DNA of 64,000 bases from Phycisphaerales bacterium (lineage in GTDB: Bacteria; Planctomycetota; Phycisphaerae; Phycisphaerales; UBA1924). The position numbers and the translations under genes were made by a program. Position 1 is the first letter of the stretch. Every line of letters starts with the position of its first letter. This document shows, in pieces, positions 58,988 to 64,000 of this stretch. The stretch is from positions 1,280,001 to 1,344,000 of the forward strand of contig OZ245777.1 in the NCBI GenBank assembly GCA_965227775.1, read 5' to 3'. Under the pieces are notes generated by a model. That model had not been told where the DNA came from and did no database searches. It saw only the letters and a program-made list of their open reading frames with translations.

Positions 58988-59365
58988 ATGCCCAGTGATG
59001 CCATCCTGAACCTCCCCCTCGCCCTGATCGGTCCGCTGGGCTGGCCCGAGATCGGGGCCATCCTCGTCATCGCGGTGCTGCTCTTCGGCCGTCGGCTCCC
59101 CGACGTGGGCCGCAATGTGGGCAAGGCGATCATCGAGTTCAAGCGCGGCGTCAAGGGCATCACCGACGACATCGAGGAAGAGTCTCGCAAGCCCGACGCT
59201 CGGGATCAGGATCGGGCGACGCCCGAACTCGAGGCTCCCAAGGGCACGGCATACCGCGAGGATGCCTTCCACGAGCCGCCCGCGGGCGATGTCGGCCGGC
59301 CCGACCCCATGCCGCAGCAGCAGACGCCCCCCGCCGCGGGCGAGGGCCAGCCCCGCACCAGCTGA
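58988..59365 (+). CDS. tatA: Twin-arginine translocase TatA/TatE subunit
   Basis: GWPEI..ILVIAVLLFG.RLPDVGRNVGKAIIEFKRG. Confidence 0.92.
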   Translation: MPSDAILNLPLALIGPLGWPEIGAILVIAVLLFGRRLPDVGRNVGKAIIEFKRGVKGITDDIEEESRKPDARDQDRATPELEAPKGTAYREDAFHEPPAGDVGRPDPMPQQQTPPAAGEGQPRTS

Positions 59366-59447
59366 CCCGATCAGCAGGCGGCCCGGGCACCCGAGCCCCG
59401 CTATCATCTCGACCCGCCACGGCCGAGCGTTGCCGCGGCGACCCTTT

Positions 59448-59522
59448 GGCGAGGTAGCTCAGCTGGTTTAGAGCGCTGGATTCATAACCCGGAGGTCGAG
59501 GGTTCGAGTCCCTCCCTCGCCA
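59448..59522 (+). tRNA. tRNA-Met (CAT), elongator type; CCA not encoded
   Basis: GGCGAGG/CCTCGCC acceptor stem, TTCATAA anticodon loop and GTTCGAGTC T arm; paired 1:72 argues against an initiator tRNA. Confidence 0.93.
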
Positions 59523-59537
59523 CTTTCGCCCGCGAAT

Positions 59538-60533
59538 CTACCAATGCAAGCCGCGCGACCGCAGGTATTCCAGCAGTCGTTGCGGCTCGTCCGTTTGGAT
59601 CACCGTCACGCCATTGTCGACCATCCAGCCCCACACTGCGTGCGGGTCTTCGATCGCGCGCGAGTCCGAGCGTCCGCCGGAGATCGAGTCCCACAACGAG
59701 TTCATCCACAGTCGCGCACGCCCGTCGAGCAGGTTCGCGACGGGATAGATGAGGCGATCGCCCGCGGCCTCGCCATCCAGGCAAACCTCGATAGCCGGCG
59801 CATGGAGCACCGCAAGCGACGTGAGTTCGAGCAACGCATCCGGCGCGTCGGTCGACTCGTCGAACGCCACGATCGGCATGAAGCTCAGAGTGTGCGGCGA
59901 CTGGCCGCCGACCAGATCATCCAAGCCGTTGGATCGAAGGTAGTCCGAGGCATCTTCGGACTGGATCCGCGCCTTGAGCACGACGTGGTTGCGCATGCCA
60001 AGCTGTGTTGCCAGCGACAAGCACTCCGCGAGATATCCTCTCGCCTTGTCGAGGTTGACCATGATGCGGCCGCGGCACGCAAGCAGGGCCTCACGAAGCG
60101 TCGGCACCGCCAACACGGTCGGCAGGCCGTCACCGTCGAGCAATCGGAGCTCACGGACCTGCTCCAGGGTGAGCTCGTCGACGCGCCCCTTGCCGGTCGT
60201 CGTGCGGTCCACTGTCGTGTCGTGCATCAGCACGAAGTGTCCGTCGATCGTTCGCCGGACATCAACCTCAATCATGTCGCAACCCATCGCGATGGCCGCT
60301 TCGATGCTCGGCAGCGAGTTTTCTGGTCCGCCAGCGCCAGGTCCGCGATGCGCCGCGCGGTGTGCAACCACCAGCACCGTAGGGTCATCGGCATCGTGCC
60401 ATGCCCGCAGAATCGACTCGAATCGTGTGGATGTCGCTGAGCCCGGCCGCAGCGCAGCGTCTTGAGCCCACGCCGGTTGAGCGAGGGCGCTCGGGAACAG
60501 CGTGAACACGATCAAAACGAAAAGCAAGCGCAT
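59538..60533 (-). CDS. Glycerophosphodiester phosphodiesterase family protein, exported
   Basis: VAHRA, PENSL, IEVDV, LMHDTTVDRTT and IQTDEP motifs; signal peptide. Confidence 0.9.
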   Translation of the reverse strand: MRLLFVLIVFTLFPSALAQPAWAQDAALRPGSATSTRFESILRAWHDADDPTVLVVAHRAAHRGPGAGGPENSLPSIEAAIAMGCDMIEVDVRRTIDGHFVLMHDTTVDRTTTGKGRVDELTLEQVRELRLLDGDGLPTVLAVPTLREALLACRGRIMVNLDKARGYLAECLSLATQLGMRNHVVLKARIQSEDASDYLRSNGLDDLVGGQSPHTLSFMPIVAFDESTDAPDALLELTSLAVLHAPAIEVCLDGEAAGDRLIYPVANLLDGRARLWMNSLWDSISGGRSDSRAIEDPHAVWGWMVDNGVTVIQTDEPQRLLEYLRSRGLHW

Positions 60534-60587
60534 GGCGGCTCCCTCTCAAGAGGCACTCTGCGAGAGTGCGCCGCCACACTATGCCGG

Positions 60588-61838
60588 TCACCAAAGCACG
60601 CGTACGCGGATCGTCTCGGGAATCGCTTCGAGCTCTTCGACAACCGGCCTCGAGTCGCCCGGATCGACGTCGACGACGACGTAGCCAAGTTCTTGGTTCG
60701 TTCCCAGCACCTCGCCGCTGACGTTGGCACCGTGCGCGCTGAGTGCCTCGTGGAGCTTGCCCAGCACCCCAGGCACGTTCTTGTGGAAATGCAGGATGCG
60801 GTGCGGCCGGGCGCGTTCGCCGCCGGGCTGAGCGGCCAGCTCGACGTTCGGCACGTTGACCGCGCCCGTCGTCGAGCCGACGTTGATGAATCGCGTGAGC
60901 TTCGTGGCCACGTCTTGAGCGATGGCCTCCTGTGCCTCGCCGGTCGAGCCGCCCACGTGGGGCGTCAGGATAACGTTGTCGAGCCCTCGCAACGGGCTCT
61001 CGAACGGTTCGTCGTTGCTCGATGGCTCATGCGGAAACACATCGACGGCGGCTCCGGCAAGGTGGCTGCTGCGCAACGCCTCGCCGAGTGCATCGATATT
61101 GACGACGCTGCCTCGGGAGTTGTTCAGCAGCATTGCGCCGTCGCGCATCAACCCCAACTCACGCTGGCCGATGAGGTTGCTCGTGCCCTCAGTCGCAGGC
61201 ACGTGGAGCGTGACCACGTCGCTCTCGCGCAGCAGGTGTTCGAGCGAGGCCGCCGGACGTGCGTTACCCAGCGCGAGCGTGGGTACGACGTCGTGGTAGA
61301 TCACCCGCATGCCCAACGCCTCGGCCAGCACGCTCACCTGCGAGCCGATGCGGCCATACCCGACGATGCCAAGCGTGCGACCACGGACCTCATGGCTGCC
61401 TGCGCTGGTCTTGCGCCACCGGCCCGCGTGCATCTGGGTCGAGCGATCGAGCAGCCGGCGGTGGAGAGCGATGACTTCGGCGATGACGAGCTCCGCCACG
61501 CTGCGTGTGTTGCTGAACGGGCTGTTGAAGACGGGCACGCCCCGCGCCGCTGCGGCGCCCAGGTCGACCTGGTTGGTCCCTATACAGAAGCAGCCGATGG
61601 CAAGCAGCAAGTCCGCACGTTGCAGCGCTTCGAGATCGATCTGAGACTTGCTGCGGATGCCGATGGCATGAGCCCCGCGGATCGCCTCGATCATGCGACG
61701 ACCTGTGCACGCGCTGTTCAGGCAGTCAACGCTGAAACCCTCGGCCTGCAACTGCTCGCGGGCCGCGTCGTGCACACCCTCGAGCAGCACGATGCGGATC
61801 TTGTCCTTCGGGTAGCTCGTGAGCTGCTCTGCCGTCAC
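60588..61838 (-). CDS. serA: D-3-phosphoglycerate dehydrogenase (with ACT domain)
   Basis: GCFCIGTNQVDL, FNSPFSNTRSVAE, GYGRIG, TPHVGGST and HKNVPGVL motifs. Confidence 0.96.
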   Translation of the reverse strand: MTAEQLTSYPKDKIRIVLLEGVHDAAREQLQAEGFSVDCLNSACTGRRMIEAIRGAHAIGIRSKSQIDLEALQRADLLLAIGCFCIGTNQVDLGAAAARGVPVFNSPFSNTRSVAELVIAEVIALHRRLLDRSTQMHAGRWRKTSAGSHEVRGRTLGIVGYGRIGSQVSVLAEALGMRVIYHDVVPTLALGNARPAASLEHLLRESDVVTLHVPATEGTSNLIGQRELGLMRDGAMLLNNSRGSVVNIDALGEALRSSHLAGAAVDVFPHEPSSNDEPFESPLRGLDNVILTPHVGGSTGEAQEAIAQDVATKLTRFINVGSTTGAVNVPNVELAAQPGGERARPHRILHFHKNVPGVLGKLHEALSAHGANVSGEVLGTNQELGYVVVDVDPGDSRPVVEELEAIPETIRVRVLW

Positions 61839-61856
61839 GATGGATGGTATCGGTTG

Positions 61857-64000
61857 TCAGCCGCCGCGCGCTCCCAAGAGTTCGAGCGGCCTGCGCCGCG
61901 CAAGCGAGAGCACCGCCGGCGCCGCCGCCAGAAGCGTCAGCACCATCGTTACAACCCAGCTAAACGCGAGCGGCCCAAAGGGCGGTCGCAGCGACAGCGT
62001 CAGGCCGACGAGGAGCGCGTACAGCCGCTGGCCCGCCCACGCCGCCTGGAAGCCGAGCAGCGTGCCCAGGACGATGGCCGCAAGGGCGATGAGGATCGCT
62101 TCGGCCAGAATGAGCCGCGCGACGACGCCACGCGACGCCCCGATGGCGCGCAGCACGCCCAGCTCATAGCGCCTCGCATGGATGCCCGCGACGACCAAGT
62201 TCGCCACGCCAAAGCAGGCCACGAGCATCGCCATGACGGCAACGGCCGAGAACACAGCGAGTGTCGTGCCCGCCACGGTCTCAATCTCGCGCTTGATCTG
62301 CCGCCCGCTGCCGGCGTCGAGCACGCCGCTGCCGAACAGCACGTCGCGGATCTCGGCGACGGCGACCTCGTCGTTCGTATCCTCGTCGAGATCGATCTGG
62401 ATGAGGTGGATAGCGTTGACGCCGAACCGCTCGATGAGATCCCGCCGCGTGCCGAACACGGCGTGCACGGCCTGCCTTGCTAGATCCTCGCCCGCGTTGA
62501 AGTACTGGCCCACGACCTCCAGGCCCGGGCTCGCGATGACGCCCACGACCTCGAAGTCGTGCGTCTCGCCCTGCACCGTGCACGTGAACGTATCGCCCAC
62601 GCCCAAGCCCTGGGCCACGTTGAACTCCCGCGCAACCAGCACGGCCCCGCCCTCGGCAAGCCGGCGCTTCGCGACGTCGGCGTCGCCCTGCACCCACACC
62701 AGCTTGGTCATGTCGAAGAACGGTTCGGGCTCGAAGGCGACGAAGGTGGTCTGATAGGTCTGCAGGGCGCGGATGCCGAATGCATCGGTCTCGACCGGAA
62801 ACAGCGTGACCGCGCAGGTGCGCTCAACGAATGGCAGTTCTTCGAGCGCGTCGCGGCTCTCTTCGGTCAGCCGCATGCCGCTCACGAACGCGTCCGGGAA
62901 GTCGATCTGCCCGAGCCAGTCGCGCAGCATGGCGCCGCCGGTGATCCAGTTGGAGATCATGAGCGCCAGGCCCGTCATCAGAGCGCCCGCGGTGAATCCC
63001 AGCCGGTACGGCATCGAACGGACGCTCCGCTGCACGACCTTGCCCGGCAACCCGAGCAGCTTCGAGAGCGGGCCGGAGAGCAGCGTCGCTACGAGCAGCA
63101 GCACCGGCGGCCCGAGCAGGAAGTAGCCCACGAACATCGACGGCAGGCCGAAGGTCGCGTAGCTCCAGAACACGACCTGCCCGTCATCCGGTACGCCGAC
63201 CGCGATCGCCTGCACGCAGACGAGCGCGAGGCCGGCGATGGTGAGCGCAACCAGGGTGCGCCGCCGCGGCGCGGTCGCCCGGCTCGAGAGCGCGCCCATT
63301 GGGCTTGTCCGGCTGGCTCGCAGCGCGGGCCACGTCGCGCCGAGCAATCCGGCGGCGATCGAACCAAAGAACGCCAAGGCGAGCATGCCTGGTGGTGTTG
63401 CGAGCCCGCTGGGCAGCACTTCTCGGTAGTACCACGCGCCCGCCGCGGCCACGCCCACACCGAGCGGCACGCCGATGCACGCGCCCACGACACCGATTAG
63501 GATGCCTTCGACGAGCTGCGCCTGAGCGATCTGCCCCCGCGAGGCGCCGATGCAACGCAGCATACCCAGCTCACGCTGCCGCTCGACCACACCCGCGCCG
63601 AGCCCGGTCACGATGATGAACGCCGCGGACAGCAGCGCCAGCAAGATGGCAAGCGAGAGTCCGAACTGTCCGCTCTTCATGTTGCGGTCCAGGCCGCTCG
63701 TGATGCGCTCTGTTGTTTGCAGCATCGCGCCCTCGGGCGCGTCGGCCTGCCGCGCTTCGGCGACAGCCTGCGGATCGAACTCGGGTTTGACCGTGATGTC
63801 GACCTGCGTGAGCTCGTCGGCGCTGCGCCCCGTCGCGGCGCGCAGGCCATCGAGCGTTAGGAACGCCTGCGGCCTGCCGCCCAGCGGTGGGGGCTCGCTC
63901 ATGCCAACCACCGTGAGCTCGCTCGAGCCGAACAGCCGTCGCACGCTGACAGTGTCGCCGAGGCGCAGGCCCTGCAGGTCGTTGAACGCCTCGGCCTCGA
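61857..64000 (-). CDS. ABC transporter permease, double FtsX/MacB-type (5' end outside the window)
   Basis: ERQRELGMLRCIGAS and RRYELGVLRAIGAS motifs; the frame stays open to the window edge. Confidence 0.88.
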   Translation of the reverse strand, partial: EAEAFNDLQGLRLGDTVSVRRLFGSSELTVVGMSEPPPLGGRPQAFLTLDGLRAATGRSADELTQVDITVKPEFDPQAVAEARQADAPEGAMLQTTERITSGLDRNMKSGQFGLSLAILLALLSAAFIIVTGLGAGVVERQRELGMLRCIGASRGQIAQAQLVEGILIGVVGACIGVPLGVGVAAAGAWYYREVLPSGLATPPGMLALAFFGSIAAGLLGATWPALRASRTSPMGALSSRATAPRRRTLVALTIAGLALVCVQAIAVGVPDDGQVVFWSYATFGLPSMFVGYFLLGPPVLLLVATLLSGPLSKLLGLPGKVVQRSVRSMPYRLGFTAGALMTGLALMISNWITGGAMLRDWLGQIDFPDAFVSGMRLTEESRDALEELPFVERTCAVTLFPVETDAFGIRALQTYQTTFVAFEPEPFFDMTKLVWVQGDADVAKRRLAEGGAVLVAREFNVAQGLGVGDTFTCTVQGETHDFEVVGVIASPGLEVVGQYFNAGEDLARQAVHAVFGTRRDLIERFGVNAIHLIQIDLDEDTNDEVAVAEIRDVLFGSGVLDAGSGRQIKREIETVAGTTLAVFSAVAVMAMLVACFGVANLVVAGIHARRYELGVLRAIGASRGVVARLILAEAILIALAAIVLGTLLGFQAAWAGQRLYALLVGLTLSLRPPFGPLAFSWVVTMVLTLLAAAPAVLSLARRRPLELLGARGG

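Noticed and set aside
59448..59540. tRNA-Met as an integration site
   Set aside because: No integrase and no duplicated tRNA 3' end were seen; the downstream genes are ordinary metabolic genes.

Overview
A GC-rich chromosomal window, most likely from a Planctomycetota (Phycisphaerales-like) bacterium. This is inferred from four secreted proteins ending in the 'GC-type' dockerin (CxADxDGDGxLTIFDFLAFQxxFDxGC) and from the nusA-infB-DUF503-rbfA cluster without rimP. Most of it is housekeeping: truD, gdhA, rpsA, nusA/infB/rbfA, yebC, fliM, a dsbD-like gene, argCBFGH, queG, pcrA/uvrD, RNase P RNA, kmo, tatA, tRNA-Met and serA. The main accessory element is a lower-GC anti-phage cassette at about 45.6-48.3 kb (minus strand): CD-NTase -> stand-alone E2 -> patatin phospholipase, i.e. 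a 'short' type II CBASS. Four unexplained features surround it: (1) an array of about 10 x 21-bp units carrying a TGACGG-N5-CCGTCA-type palindrome; (2) a promoter followed by a multi-hairpin leader with an internal terminator-like hairpin; (3) a non-canonical CD-NTase C-terminal tail (NTFHSNG); (4) a co-oriented coiled-coil/Fn3-like gene downstream. Other notable observations are a B12 mutase subunit with isobutyryl-CoA-mutase signature residues, an active/degenerate M14 peptidase pair, small low-GC orphans at convergent junctions, and a recurring TANNNT-N5/6-start (leaderless) promoter architecture. All calls are from motif recognition by eye; no database search was run.
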